Counted from the first letter of the stretch, positions 28,912-39,357 are shown. The stretch: 64,000 nt of DNA from an uncultured Nitrososphaerota archaeon (GCA_963838925.1 CAWISW010000003.1:160001-224000), one strand, 5' to 3'. Program-made: numbers and translations. The notes: generated from the sequence alone by a model not told the origin.

Positions 28912-29146
28912 GGTCCTTTCTCTTCACGGGATAGAAGGTTATCACAACTATAATGCCTTTGCGCTCTTCATGGACCACCCGCAGCGCGAACTTGCCATCC
29001 AAGACCTTGGTCGAGATGGTCTGCGGGCCTCTGTTCTCTGTCTTGTCGGGCGCCGTTATCGCCCCTGTCACCTGATCTTGGGTAAGCGTGAAGCCGAAGG
29101 TCCGGAGCAGGCCAAACTTCTCTGTGGCATGCTTGGTGAATCTCAT
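28901..29146 (-). CDS. DUF4258/RelE-like toxin
   Basis: FTKHA, LRVVHE, VVITFYP. Confidence 0.75.
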   Translation of the reverse strand: MRFTKHATEKFGLLRTFGFTLTQDQVTGAITAPDKTENRGPQTISTKVLDGKFALRVVHEERKGIIVVITFYPVKRKDHGL

Positions 29147-29217
29147 GTTTGCCAGAGATGCTCGATGACGCTTTCATTGTCACCGAGCTTTAAGTCGATG
29201 CTCTCTCATCTAGAAAA

Positions 29218-29345
29218 TGCGCGAGCTCCGCTAGGGTTCGCTAAAATGAAAGTACGCAAGGGCATTGCCATACACAGGGTTCATTGCGCCTCCGCCGGGG
29301 CATTTCATTCACACGTTGAGCTATAGATAGTGGAAGGGCTGAACT
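29218..29345 (-). repeat. 23S 3'-end/trailer repeat copy 10
   Basis: gcgagctccgct...gggctgaact. Confidence 0.95.
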
Positions 29346-29413
29346 GGCACCCTGCACGTCTTACCTCACCCTTATCAGACAATCTTGGACAATGACAGCG
29401 CGAGGAATACCAA

Positions 29414-31792
29414 ATGGTCACTGAGGCAGATACATGCAGGAAGTATGTTCTGCCGAAGCTTCATGCAGCTGGATGGGATGATGACCGCATCAACGAACAG
29501 AGAACAATAACTGATGGCCAGATTCTTGTAGTCGGAGACCTCGTTAGGCGAAGGCAATCGAAAAGGGTCGACTACCTTCTAAGATATGATCGTGATAGGA
29601 TGCTTGCCGTAGTCGAAGCCAAGGCAGAGGACGCCACTCCCGGCAAGGGCATTCAGCAAGCAATGCAATACGCGGCAATGCTCGACATTAAGTTCGCCTA
29701 TTCGACTAACGGCCGGGGAATAATCGAACATGACTTCATTACGGGGAAAGAGAGGTCAATCGAAAGATTCCCCACGCCTGACGAGCTCTTGGCGAGGACT
29801 CTCAAGAAGGAAGGCATAGTCTCAGACGAGATGAAGCAGATCGCCCTGACGCCCACTTCACGACTGACAGACAAACCACTTCGATACTACCAAGAGGTTG
29901 CCGTGAACAGAACTATCGGTCACATAGTCAAAGGCAACCATCGGGTCCTGTTGACGATGGCCACGGGAACGGGGAAGACCCTGGTGGCATTCCAGATCAT
30001 CTGGAAACTCTGGAACGCCAGATGGAACGCCAAGGGCGACTACCGACGTCCGAGAGTCCTGTACTTAGCAGATAGAGACATCCTCGTCGACGACCCTAAA
30101 GACAACACCTTCCTTCAGTTCGGAGATGCAAGACAGCGGATAGAAGGCGAGGCTGTTAAGAGCAGGGAAATCTACTTCTCAACCTATCAGGCGATAGCTA
30201 AAGATGAAAGGAGGCCGGGACTCTACCGGCAATATCCCCCCGACTTCTTCGACCTGGTGGTCGTTGACGAATGCCACAGGGGAAGTGCTAGGGACGAGAG
30301 CAACTGGCGGGAGATTCTCGAATACTTTGCCCCCGCTTGCCAGATTGGTATGACCGCAACTCCGAAGAGAAACGACAATGTGGACACCTACAAGTACTTC
30401 GGAAACCCGATCTACATGTACACATTGCGCGAGGGAATCGAGGACGGTTTCCTTGCTCCGTACATTGTGAGGCGGGTTGTTTCGAGTGCAGATGCCTTCG
30501 GTTGGCGTCCCATCTCCGGAGAACGAGACAAACTCGGCAGGTTGATTCCAGCAGGAGAATACGGGACTCGTGACTTTGAAAGGAGTCTTTCCCTCAAGGC
30601 GCGCACAGAAGCAATCGCCAACAATATCACACAGCACCTCAAGGAGACTGACAGATTCGCCAAGACGATCGTATTCTGCGTGGACATGGAGCATGCTGAA
30701 CATATGAGAATGGCTCTCGTTAATGCAAATTCAGACCTCGCAAAACAATATCCGGACTACGTGGTTAGAATCGTATCAGAAGAGGGAGTCGTTGGAAAGG
30801 GACATTTGGGAAGATTCAAGGAGGTTGACAGCAAGACACCGGTCATAGCTACTACCTCTCAACTTCTAACGACTGGAGTAGACATACCCACATGCAAGAA
30901 CATCGTTCTCGTAAAGCACATTGAATCATTGGCCGATTTCAAGCAGATCATAGGGAGAGGCACGAGAATACGGGATGACTACGGTAAACTTTTCTTCACG
31001 ATTTTAGATTACACGGGAAGTGCCACTAGGCTCTTTGCTGACCCTGAATTCGACGGAGAGCCAGCGCTCCTGACGCAGGAAGAGATGGACGAGCACGGGA
31101 AAAGAACGGCTCAGACAATTGAAGCGGCAATGAAGCTGGGCCCTCAGGACGAATTAGGGCCGCCCATAGCCATGCAAGGGAAACCCAAAACCCTTGAGCC
31201 AGGAGTGCCGGAGCCCAGAAAGTACTACGTCGATGGAGAGACCGTGAGCATCATAGCCGAGATGGTTTACGAACTCGATGCTCGTGGGAACCAAATACGA
31301 GCCATGAAGTACACCGATTACACCCGTGACAAGGTGAGGTCGATGTACACGAAGGCTGCCGACTTGAGGTCGAAATGGGGCAATCCTGAGGAAAGAGTCG
31401 CAATCGTCGAGTCGTTGGAAGATAGAGGTGTTTCATTGGAGAAGCTCGCCGAAGTAACGAAGATGTATGATGCTGACAGGTTCGATCTTCTGTGTCACGT
31501 TGCTTTCAATGCCCCGCTAAGGACCCGCAGAGAAAGAGCTGAGAGCGTTAAGCGGAATCATAAGGATTTTTTTGAACAGTACAGCTCTGTTGCACGCGAA
31601 ATCTTGAACGAGATTTTGGACAAATATGTCGAGTTCGGAATGGAACAATTCAAGCTTCCCGACATATTGAAGATAGCCCCGATTGACAAGCATGGAAATG
31701 TCATAGAGATTGCCGACACGTTTGGAAACTCTCAGAAACTCAGAGCTGCGGTGGATAACATGCAGAATATGCTTTACCAAGAGGTGGAATAA
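29414..31792 (+). CDS. hsdR: Type I restriction subunit R (EcoEI/EcoAI-like)
   Basis: VDYLL...VEAK, LRYYQ, MATGTGKT, DECHRGS, TATP, QIIGRGTR. Confidence 0.92.
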   Translation: MVTEADTCRKYVLPKLHAAGWDDDRINEQRTITDGQILVVGDLVRRRQSKRVDYLLRYDRDRMLAVVEAKAEDATPGKGIQQAMQYAAMLDIKFAYSTNGRGIIEHDFITGKERSIERFPTPDELLARTLKKEGIVSDEMKQIALTPTSRLTDKPLRYYQEVAVNRTIGHIVKGNHRVLLTMATGTGKTLVAFQIIWKLWNARWNAKGDYRRPRVLYLADRDILVDDPKDNTFLQFGDARQRIEGEAVKSREIYFSTYQAIAKDERRPGLYRQYPPDFFDLVVVDECHRGSARDESNWREILEYFAPACQIGMTATPKRNDNVDTYKYFGNPIYMYTLREGIEDGFLAPYIVRRVVSSADAFGWRPISGERDKLGRLIPAGEYGTRDFERSLSLKARTEAIANNITQHLKETDRFAKTIVFCVDMEHAEHMRMALVNANSDLAKQYPDYVVRIVSEEGVVGKGHLGRFKEVDSKTPVIATTSQLLTTGVDIPTCKNIVLVKHIESLADFKQIIGRGTRIRDDYGKLFFTILDYTGSATRLFADPEFDGEPALLTQEEMDEHGKRTAQTIEAAMKLGPQDELGPPIAMQGKPKTLEPGVPEPRKYYVDGETVSIIAEMVYELDARGNQIRAMKYTDYTRDKVRSMYTKAADLRSKWGNPEERVAIVESLEDRGVSLEKLAEVTKMYDADRFDLLCHVAFNAPLRTRRERAESVKRNHKDFFEQYSSVAREILNEILDKYVEFGMEQFKLPDILKIAPIDKHGNVIEIADTFGNSQKLRAAVDNMQNMLYQEVE

Positions 31793-33957
31793 TGATCGGA
31801 CGAGACAAACCTAAGGGATTGAGCCATACCGCGATCCCAAGCGCGAATTCAGCAGCGAAACTCCCTAGGATAATCAAGTCTGCCAGAGACACGATGCGCA
31901 AGGACAAGGGATTGAATGGAGATCTGGATAGGCTTCCTCAGCTAGTCTGGATCATGTTCTTGAAACTCCTTGATGATGTTGAAAGAGTCCGTGAAACCGA
32001 ATCTGACCTTTCTCACAAGCCGTACCAGCCAATTATTCAGAAGCCTTACAGATGGAGGGATTGGGCCGCGAATCCAGGAGGAATTACAGGAGATGCCCTT
32101 ATTTCATTCGTAAATAATGATGAAACAGCACGGCCCGACGGTACAAGAGGGCCAGGCCTCTTGGCTTACCTGAGGTCTCTTCACGGATCGCAACGTCTAG
32201 ACAGCCGGGACGTAGTTGCGAATGTCTTCCGCGGCGTAACAAATCGAATGCTTATCGGCTATCTTCTTCGAGACGTGATTAACAAGATCGACGAAATCAA
32301 CTTCTCAAAGACGGCTGAAACACATGTCCTCAGTTCACTTTACGAGTCTATTCTGAAAGAGCTCAGGGATGCCGCGGGGGATTCAGGTGAGTTTTACACT
32401 CCACGACCCATCGTAAGGCTAATGGTTGAACTTGTGGATCCTCGGCTCGGAGAAATGGTACTAGACCCAGCCGCGGGAACAGGCGGATTTCTTGTCGAGA
32501 GCTATCTGCACTTGGAAAAGCAGTGCAAATCAACTAGCGACTACGAGCAACTCCAAACTTCGATTCTCGGGATAGAAGCAAAATCGCTTCCGTACTTGCT
32601 ATGCCAGATGAACCTCATGCTTCATGGAATTGAATTCCCAAGCATCGACCCGCTTAATGCGCTACGCTTTCCCTTGAGTGAAATTGGAGAAAGGGACCGG
32701 GTAGACGTTGTCCTCACAAATCCGCCATTCGGTGGGGAAGAGGAAAAAGGCATTCTTTCGAATTTCCCAGCCGACAAGCAAACAAGTGAAACCGCCTTAT
32801 TATTCTTACAGCTAATCATGAGAAGGTTGCGTAGGACTCCTAGACCGGGACGAGCTGCTGTCATTGTTCCTAACGGAACCCTTTACGATGACGGGGTGGC
32901 AGAGCTCATTCGCGCGGACCTAGCAAAAGATTTCAATTTACACATGGTTCTCAGGTTTCCAAAAGGAGTCTTTGAGCCATACACCGATATCGCAACAAAC
33001 ATCCTCTTCTTCGAAACAGGAGGACCTACCGAATACATTTGGTTCTACGAACACCCACTTCCTCCTAGACGTGCCCATCTAAAGGGCAAGAGTTACTCGG
33101 CAACCGATGGCGTTCAGTACGAAGAATTTGCGCCACTTCTGGCGTGGTGGAGTGATCGAAAAGAGAACGATCAGGCTTGGCGCATTAAAGCCAGCGAAAT
33201 AGAGGAAGACGGATTTGATCTAAATCAAAACCATCCAAAACATGCTAAGCTAAGCCTGCTTTCGCCACAATCAATAATCAAGTCCATAAGGACGAGCAAG
33301 GACATCAGTGAGGGGGTCTTAAGACAACTCGAAGCAACCTTAGGAAATCTCCCTGGTGTTTCGGCCCCCGAAGTCTCCCTCAGAGACCTCTTGACGTATA
33401 GAAAGGAATTCCTAGAGTTGAATCCCGATACAGAGTACACCCGAGCTCGAGTCCAACTTCACTTTAGAGGGGCAAAGGTTAGGGATCGTGTGTTTGGCTC
33501 TGAAATCGGTACAAAGAGGCAAGTTGTCATGCACACTAGCGATTTAGTCATGTCAAGAATCGATGCCAGAAACGGTGCTATGGCACTTGTGCCAAGTGAG
33601 CTCGACGGGGCCATAGCTACGAACGACTTTCCTGTCTTCGAGATAGAAACTGGAAAAGTAGTTCCAAGTTATCTTAGGTATTGTCTTTTCCAACCTGCTA
33701 TGCTAAGCGTCTATGAATATCTGAGCAGGGGGTCAACGAATCGTCGCCGCCTCATGATGGAGAAGTTCTTGGACCTTAAGATCCCACTTCCCACAGACTT
33801 GGATATTCAACAGGAAACTGCAGACACTTTGCGCGATGCCGAAGAGGCTATTGGGAAACTCCAAGAGCAATTAGGCGGAATCGAAGAAGATCTAGAAGAC
33901 TTGATTGCCGCGACTCTTCAATACGTGTTCAAGGGCCAGAATATCGTGACAGAATAG
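31792..33957 (+). CDS. hsdM: Type I N6-adenine MTase M subunit fused to a C-terminal HsdS-like TRD
   Basis: GEFYTPR, DPAAGTGGFL, NPPF; C-terminal DLVMSRIDARNGA...RGSTNRRRL...IPLP..QQ. Confidence 0.88.
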   Translation: MIGRDKPKGLSHTAIPSANSAAKLPRIIKSARDTMRKDKGLNGDLDRLPQLVWIMFLKLLDDVERVRETESDLSHKPYQPIIQKPYRWRDWAANPGGITGDALISFVNNDETARPDGTRGPGLLAYLRSLHGSQRLDSRDVVANVFRGVTNRMLIGYLLRDVINKIDEINFSKTAETHVLSSLYESILKELRDAAGDSGEFYTPRPIVRLMVELVDPRLGEMVLDPAAGTGGFLVESYLHLEKQCKSTSDYEQLQTSILGIEAKSLPYLLCQMNLMLHGIEFPSIDPLNALRFPLSEIGERDRVDVVLTNPPFGGEEEKGILSNFPADKQTSETALLFLQLIMRRLRRTPRPGRAAVIVPNGTLYDDGVAELIRADLAKDFNLHMVLRFPKGVFEPYTDIATNILFFETGGPTEYIWFYEHPLPPRRAHLKGKSYSATDGVQYEEFAPLLAWWSDRKENDQAWRIKASEIEEDGFDLNQNHPKHAKLSLLSPQSIIKSIRTSKDISEGVLRQLEATLGNLPGVSAPEVSLRDLLTYRKEFLELNPDTEYTRARVQLHFRGAKVRDRVFGSEIGTKRQVVMHTSDLVMSRIDARNGAMALVPSELDGAIATNDFPVFEIETGKVVPSYLRYCLFQPAMLSVYEYLSRGSTNRRRLMMEKFLDLKIPLPTDLDIQQETADTLRDAEEAIGKLQEQLGGIEEDLEDLIAATLQYVFKGQNIVTE

Positions 33958-34060
33958 TCGAACGAGTCATTCTTTTTGTCGAGATTAGCCTCGTATTTTT
34001 TCATTGTTTCTTGTTCAGAGGTCGTTCCGCTAGGTTGTGGCAAGAACCGAAGGCACAAGA

Positions 34061-34182
34061 ACGCCGTTCTCGTTTTTGTGTTCGCGAGCTGCGCGACGCT
34101 TTGTCTAAAATGAAGTTGCAGGGCATTGCCATACACAGGGTTCATTGCGCCTCCGCCGGGGCATTTCACTCACACGTTGAGC
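34061..34182 (-). repeat. 23S 3'-end/trailer repeat copy 11
   Basis: gcgagct...aaaatgaagttgcagggcattgccatacacagggttc...cgttgagc. Confidence 0.95.
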
Positions 34183-34341
34183 CCGGAGCTTTTCTCTTGT
34201 GATATGACTTGCGGAGCTTTTCAGAAGGTCGATGTCTCTGGTTCCTCGATACTTGACGTATTGACTTACAGCCAATGCGCCGATGAATACGATGTCGCCG
34301 AGTTCTTTGGCGATCCTAATTGCTTCCTGTTCTGGGTTCAG
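34183..34341 (-). pseudogene. Truncated nucleotidyltransferase (AbiEii/MNT-like) 5' fragment
   Basis: Hand translation LNPEQEAIRIAKELGDIVFIGALAVSQYVKYRGTRDIDLL..., running into repeat 11. Confidence 0.65.
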
Positions 34342-34987
34342 ACTGAATGAGCTCCTCTCTTACCTTTAGGACATCTTCAGATTTGAACGCCCCTCTGACC
34401 TTCGAATCGAGTTTGCGATGGTGAACTATCTCAATGGCGATGGCGTCGAGCATGTTTCGACCTCCGTATGCGATGCAATCAAGGTATACCCGCTGTATCT
34501 CATTCGAAAAGTGGCCGGTGCGCGGTATGATTGCCACTCTGCCGCGCGTACCTTCAGAGAATTCATGGTTTCCCAGGGTTGCGGCTGCCGTGTCGATGTC
34601 ATCCACATACATGAAGAGCTTGTGAGGTAGCTGAAAGCCCGTCAGTTCGTACGCCCGATAATCCAAGGTGACCACGCCCTCTATCAGCTGTCGAGCAAGT
34701 CTTATGTCGTTCTCGTTGTATGACAAACCGAAGTATCGCGCTTGTTTGATGGCCAGAAGCGACGGGAGCAAGTAAGACCAGAGGTGGAACGGCTGGAACA
34801 GGCTCGAATGGATTGTAAAAAACCCGTCTTTGACCTTATCGGCAAATCCGACTTCCCGAAGTTCGCCTAGAAGTCTGTAAGCTGTAGCCCGGGAGCCCAT
34901 TATTCTTTGTAAATCGTTTACTTGGTAAACTGGTTTTTCGCCCATGTTTTGGGCTATAACCATCTCAGGTCTGATCGTATCACGCAT
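34316..34987 (-). CDS. wHTH protein, AbiEi-like antitoxin candidate
   Basis: SRATAYRLLGELREVG HTH; AYELTGF; overlaps the start of the NTase fragment. Confidence 0.55.
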   Translation of the reverse strand: MRDTIRPEMVIAQNMGEKPVYQVNDLQRIMGSRATAYRLLGELREVGFADKVKDGFFTIHSSLFQPFHLWSYLLPSLLAIKQARYFGLSYNENDIRLARQLIEGVVTLDYRAYELTGFQLPHKLFMYVDDIDTAAATLGNHEFSEGTRGRVAIIPRTGHFSNEIQRVYLDCIAYGGRNMLDAIAIEIVHHRKLDSKVRGAFKSEDVLKVREELIQSEPRTGSN

Positions 34988-35057
34988 GGTAGTTTGTAAC
35001 TATATAAAGACGTCTCAAAATTGAGACGTTCGCTTGTGCCAATCAATATATCTTGAT

Positions 35058-35104
35058 CACGGATTCGTCGCGCCTCCGCTGGGGCATTTCACTCGCACGT
35101 TGAG
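35058..35104 (-). repeat. 23S trailer repeat copy 12
   Basis: ggattcgtcgcgcctccgctggggcatttcactcgcacgttgag. Confidence 0.88.
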
Positions 35105-35310
35105 GCATGGGTTGCCGATTCTAGGCTTTCACGAGACGTTGAGGTCGACTCATCTAAAATGAGTGCTTAAGATGAGCAATTCTCTTTAGGCGAAGAGCAT
35201 CTTCCGATTGCATGCGTCCATGCAGCTCGACGACTGCCGTTCTGGACTTACCTAAGATCAGTATCTTAGGTGAGGATTCTCTTTAAACCTGGGCAGGACC
35301 AGAACGAGAG

Positions 35311-35751
35311 ATGAAGGCGACGGCACCCGAGTGGGAAAGAAGGCAGGAAGCCTCCGACGCGATGGTTAGCTTCCTAGAGGGCTGGGTGGTCGCGGACGTC
35401 TGCTCCCGATTCAGGGTCGCGGTGGACGCGATCTTCTCCGAGACATTCGAGTTCCAGCTCCTGAGAGCCCTCCTCGAGAACCCAAGCCCGCAGTCCCTGC
35501 AGGTCATCGCCTCGAGGTGCGGGGTGAGCCGCACCCAGGTGCTTCCAGACGGCAGGCTTCGAAGGGCACTGGAGAGGATGGAAAGAGCAGGTCTGGTCCT
35601 AAGGACGGGAGCAGAGGAGAGGCCCCGCTACGCTCTCGACCGCTCGAACGAGAGCTGCCACCTCATCGAGAAGCTATACGAGAGGCCGCGGCAGTACGGG
35701 ACCCTCGTTTCGGCCAGTCTCGGGCAGATCCTCGGCACGCACCCTCAGTGA
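35311..35751 (+). CDS. Winged-helix regulator-like protein
   Basis: SLQVIASRCGVSRT, LERMERAGLV, PRYAL. Confidence 0.6.
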   Translation: MKATAPEWERRQEASDAMVSFLEGWVVADVCSRFRVAVDAIFSETFEFQLLRALLENPSPQSLQVIASRCGVSRTQVLPDGRLRRALERMERAGLVLRTGAEERPRYALDRSNESCHLIEKLYERPRQYGTLVSASLGQILGTHPQ

Positions 35752-35869
35752 TTGAAAAGCAGTCGCAAAAGCGCCGTTTCTGCCACAAAAGCATCCAGTG
35801 GCGTAAAGTTGTTGTCCGCCCTAGAAACCCAGCGATGACAGAACGCGTCTGCGGAGGCTTGGACGGATA

Positions 35870-36184
35870 ATGTGCATGTCAGAGGCGGCAACTGCGCTAA
35901 ATTCGACGAGCCTGCAACCTGCCGCGTCGGGGATCCAGATTCTCTCGTACATCCAGGGAGCGGAGACCAGCGTGACTTTGACTCTGAACGCGGTGCTGGT
36001 CTCCCTGGAGAACTTTGCCATCGCGGTGGGGAAGGACGCGGTAATCTTCATGCTAATCATCGGGGTGCTCCTCCACTACTCGAGGTTGGGCACGCTGCTG
36101 GGAAAGAGGTTGATCGAGGGCGGCGTCATCATCGGCCTCTTCATCCTCTTCGTGGTCCCCTACCTCGCGGTCGCATACTGCTGA
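35870..36184 (+). CDS. Small 2-TM membrane protein (VirB2/TrbC pilin-like?)
   Basis: Two hydrophobic helices joined by a basic loop (LGKRLIEGGVIIG). Confidence 0.5.
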   Translation: MCMSEAATALNSTSLQPAASGIQILSYIQGAETSVTLTLNAVLVSLENFAIAVGKDAVIFMLIIGVLLHYSRLGTLLGKRLIEGGVIIGLFILFVVPYLAVAYC

Positions 36185-36228
36185 CCGGCCGACGTGGCCG
36201 CATATCACATGCTTCGGAGTAGAGGTTC

Positions 36229-38547
36229 ATGGGATGGCGGGAGACCCTGGTCGGCGGATTCATTCTCGTAATCGTTCTCCTGTCACTGGCGACGACCTTC
36301 ACGGGATACCTGGTCGCGACGCATCAGACCTGCGCTTCAACCACCGCCAGCTCTAGCAGCTCGAGCGAGGTCTTCGCTTCAAACTCCACCAGCCTCGGCA
36401 ACGCCTCGCTCGCCCCCGTCCAGCTCCCGGCCGTCGCCGACGACCTCGTGCTTTCACCCCTGGCCACCCTGTCCCTCCCGCAGGGCAACGCCACCTCCCT
36501 GTCCTATCTCACCAACGCGACCTACTGGAGCGAGGTCGACGCCTCCGAGCTCCAGGCCTACGAGCAGCTCATCCCGCAGACCGTCCTCGGGTTCCTCAAC
36601 AGCAGCCAGGAGTGGCGGGCGTGGGCGTTCCAGTACATCCCCGACCCGCCGCCGTGGCTAGCAGGCGGAGTCGTGGCAGCGGCTCAGACCCAGGTCATGG
36701 GTGTGGGCCCCGGCGCAGGAGGGAACTCGAGCGCCATAGAGGAGTCCGTCAGGGGATTCGCCGCCAGCGCGGATGGGGTCTCGCTCGCGGCCCTCGATTT
36801 CGTCTCGTTCAACGGCCTGACGGCCTACCAGACGCTCGTCACTACGAACAACTCAATCAAGGCGGCCTGCCAGACCCTCCCGGGGCAGCTGGCGCAACTC
36901 TACGACTCCTCGTTCGATAAGTCGGTGCCGCAGGCGGAAAGAGCCGACTACCTCGGCAGGGCAATCGCAGTCACAAGCGTCATGCTCCTTCTGGGCGGGG
37001 CGGAAGGCTTCGCCGACCACTTCCAGATAGGGCTTGACAACGTCGGGCTGGGAGACGCGTGGTCGACCGTCAAGCCTTACCTTGGCGACATCGGCTCGAA
37101 GGCTTCCGCAAGCGCCTCGTCGGCGACCCTCGCCATCCTCCAAGCCCTCGCGCAGAGGTTCCCTCAGGACTCGGTCTTCGTCGCCGGGTTCACGGCTGAC
37201 AGGATTGACTCGATGGTGGATGTCCTCGACAAGAAGGGCGCCTCGGGAGAATCCATCCAGAGCGACATCGGGCAAGTTGCCCAAGCTGCTAGCTCTTCGC
37301 CAGACGAAACCGGGGCTGGCGATGAGGCCGACGCCCTGAGCCTCCAGCTGGGCGGAGGAATCAAGGTGAATGTGGAGAACGATGGCACGCTCGTCCGCTA
37401 TGACAGTGGAAATGGGGATAAGGCAACACTCGATGGTCTATTCTTGCAGGAAATTCTCCCTGGGTTCGATCCGAGGGGGCCTGAGTTTGTAGCAATCCGC
37501 TGCGAAGAGGCAGGCGTGACAGTATATCGTTACTACGACGCAAAGGACCTACCTACGGGTGCGCCTTATGGCGCCGGGGAAGTCAATTGGTACCCATCTC
37601 TGCCTGCGGATGTTGCTCTGCCCGGCACGACTATCACGATATCTCTCTACATCCTGACGACTGACAACTTCCTATCCAGCATTCCTGCGACTGCGTTCGA
37701 GAACGAAGGAAGCTTGTGGGTCGCAGATTTTTCGGAGATCAAAAGCTTTGGGCTGGTGGGGGACGAGGTCCAGATGAACGTTGAGCAGGAACCAGTCGAA
37801 GGGGTTTCCAGCTTCAGCGTCTCAGGCACACCTCTATCTTTGGCCTACTCCAAAGGCGACACATCTCTCGAATTCAGCATCCCCGATGCCGTCTACCAGC
37901 CTAGGATGCTAAAGGTAACTTTCGACGGCTACGGCAAGCCGCTCCTAGCAATCGGGTCGAGTTCGAACTTCAGCCCGGTCAGTCTCATATCATCGGATGG
38001 GGTGAGATTGAAGTTCGTCTCTGACAGTGGAGGCTCTGCAATTACAGTCTCTACGATCCATCTGCAGGACCCGTCCGTCCTCTACGCACCAGCTTCCATG
38101 GCCCCGATAGACGCCTACAGTATTTCTGGAGCATCCCAGGTTTACCAAATCGATCAAGTGACCATTAACAGGGAGCTCGAGCAGTCGATCCTGAAAAGCG
38201 AGAGCAAATACGACATTGGGATCGTTGGAACGGAGGTTGCGTACACTATCGGAGAGAAGAACCTCGGTCTGACGGACATCCAAATGCCGCCCGTCTCACA
38301 AGGAGGTGCCGACCTCTACACTCAAGACGGGACGATCGTGATGCAGGCCAGGATGCTCGCGAACCCGCTGGACTTGGGCGATAATTTGCAGGTTGTTCTG
38401 AGGGGGCAGCTTCAGAGCATGGTCGACAAGCTAAACACTGACTTCCAATATCATCCTGGTGCCACCACAGGATACGCGGTCCTGTCATACGTCGACCCGA
38501 CGACCGGACTAGTGAAGGCTCTCGTTGCCGAGGTATCGAAGCCGTGA
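36229..38547 (+). CDS. Large exported protein, polymorphic-toxin-like with possible REase-fold C-terminus
   Basis: N-terminal TM, helical middle, C-terminal GIVGTEVA...GGADLYT...VMQAR. Confidence 0.5.
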   Translation: MGWRETLVGGFILVIVLLSLATTFTGYLVATHQTCASTTASSSSSSEVFASNSTSLGNASLAPVQLPAVADDLVLSPLATLSLPQGNATSLSYLTNATYWSEVDASELQAYEQLIPQTVLGFLNSSQEWRAWAFQYIPDPPPWLAGGVVAAAQTQVMGVGPGAGGNSSAIEESVRGFAASADGVSLAALDFVSFNGLTAYQTLVTTNNSIKAACQTLPGQLAQLYDSSFDKSVPQAERADYLGRAIAVTSVMLLLGGAEGFADHFQIGLDNVGLGDAWSTVKPYLGDIGSKASASASSATLAILQALAQRFPQDSVFVAGFTADRIDSMVDVLDKKGASGESIQSDIGQVAQAASSSPDETGAGDEADALSLQLGGGIKVNVENDGTLVRYDSGNGDKATLDGLFLQEILPGFDPRGPEFVAIRCEEAGVTVYRYYDAKDLPTGAPYGAGEVNWYPSLPADVALPGTTITISLYILTTDNFLSSIPATAFENEGSLWVADFSEIKSFGLVGDEVQMNVEQEPVEGVSSFSVSGTPLSLAYSKGDTSLEFSIPDAVYQPRMLKVTFDGYGKPLLAIGSSSNFSPVSLISSDGVRLKFVSDSGGSAITVSTIHLQDPSVLYAPASMAPIDAYSISGASQVYQIDQVTINRELEQSILKSESKYDIGIVGTEVAYTIGEKNLGLTDIQMPPVSQGGADLYTQDGTIVMQARMLANPLDLGDNLQVVLRGQLQSMVDKLNTDFQYHPGATTGYAVLSYVDPTTGLVKALVAEVSKP

Positions 38548-38613
38548 CGACAGTCTCGAACATACTATCTCGCAGCATAGGTGCTTATCTATGGTGGCAG
38601 GGTTTGAGCCCGT

Positions 38614-39267
38614 TTGGACGTCGAAGCCGGAGTCGAATCAGAATTGATTGATGTTGAAGCTGTTTCAGGATACCTCTCGGCGTTGACAGGAGGAGAGTTC
38701 CGGCTTGCTGAGGTCCGCGACTATCCCATCGCAAAGGACAAGGTGAAGACATTCATGTATCTCGACGGCGGTGCTCGGCTTGCCGCTCAGGCCCCCTACT
38801 TGCATGTTGTCTGGATTGGCACCGACGAGTCAATCCATGTTGAGACCCAGCGCTTGGGCGATACGTCGGACATAACCGAGTGGATGTATGGGGAGAAGTC
38901 GATCTACGATAGGGTGAAGATGGACCTTACAGGTTTTGAGAAAGAGTCCGTGAGAGAGGAATACGCACGGAAGTTTCCAAAAGTCGTCAGGCGGCTCGAA
39001 ATCTATCGCAAGTATGCGACGAGGGTTTCTGAGAGGCTGGATGTGAACTTGGAACTGCTCTTTCACGGAACTACAGGCGGCCTTGCTAGCTTCCGGCTTG
39101 AGTTCAGGTTTGACGCGAAGGGATTGTCAACGCGAGCACTCTTACAGGAATTAGATCGCAATATTGAAGCACTCAAGCAGGCGTACTACGAAATAGCCGA
39201 ACGTCAGAAGGACCTTTACTTCATTTACGCACTGCCAGCCAATAGGAAAGGAACGCCCGAAGAATAG
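38614..39267 (+). CDS. Hypothetical cytoplasmic protein (candidate immunity protein)
   Basis: Immediately follows the toxin-like gene; TAG stop overlaps repeat 13. Confidence 0.55.
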   Translation: MDVEAGVESELIDVEAVSGYLSALTGGEFRLAEVRDYPIAKDKVKTFMYLDGGARLAAQAPYLHVVWIGTDESIHVETQRLGDTSDITEWMYGEKSIYDRVKMDLTGFEKESVREEYARKFPKVVRRLEIYRKYATRVSERLDVNLELLFHGTTGGLASFRLEFRFDAKGLSTRALLQELDRNIEALKQAYYEIAERQKDLYFIYALPANRKGTPEE

Positions 39268-39325
39268 GGTTCATTGCGCCTCCGCCGGGGCATTTCACTC
39301 GCGCGTTGAGCTAATGATAGTGGAC
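39264..39325 (-). repeat. 23S 3'-end repeat copy 13
   Basis: atagggttcattgcgcctccgccggggcatttcactcgcgcgttgagcta...tagtggac. Confidence 0.93.
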
Positions 39326-39357
39326 TGACAATGAACGGCTCTTCACGCGGACTTCTC

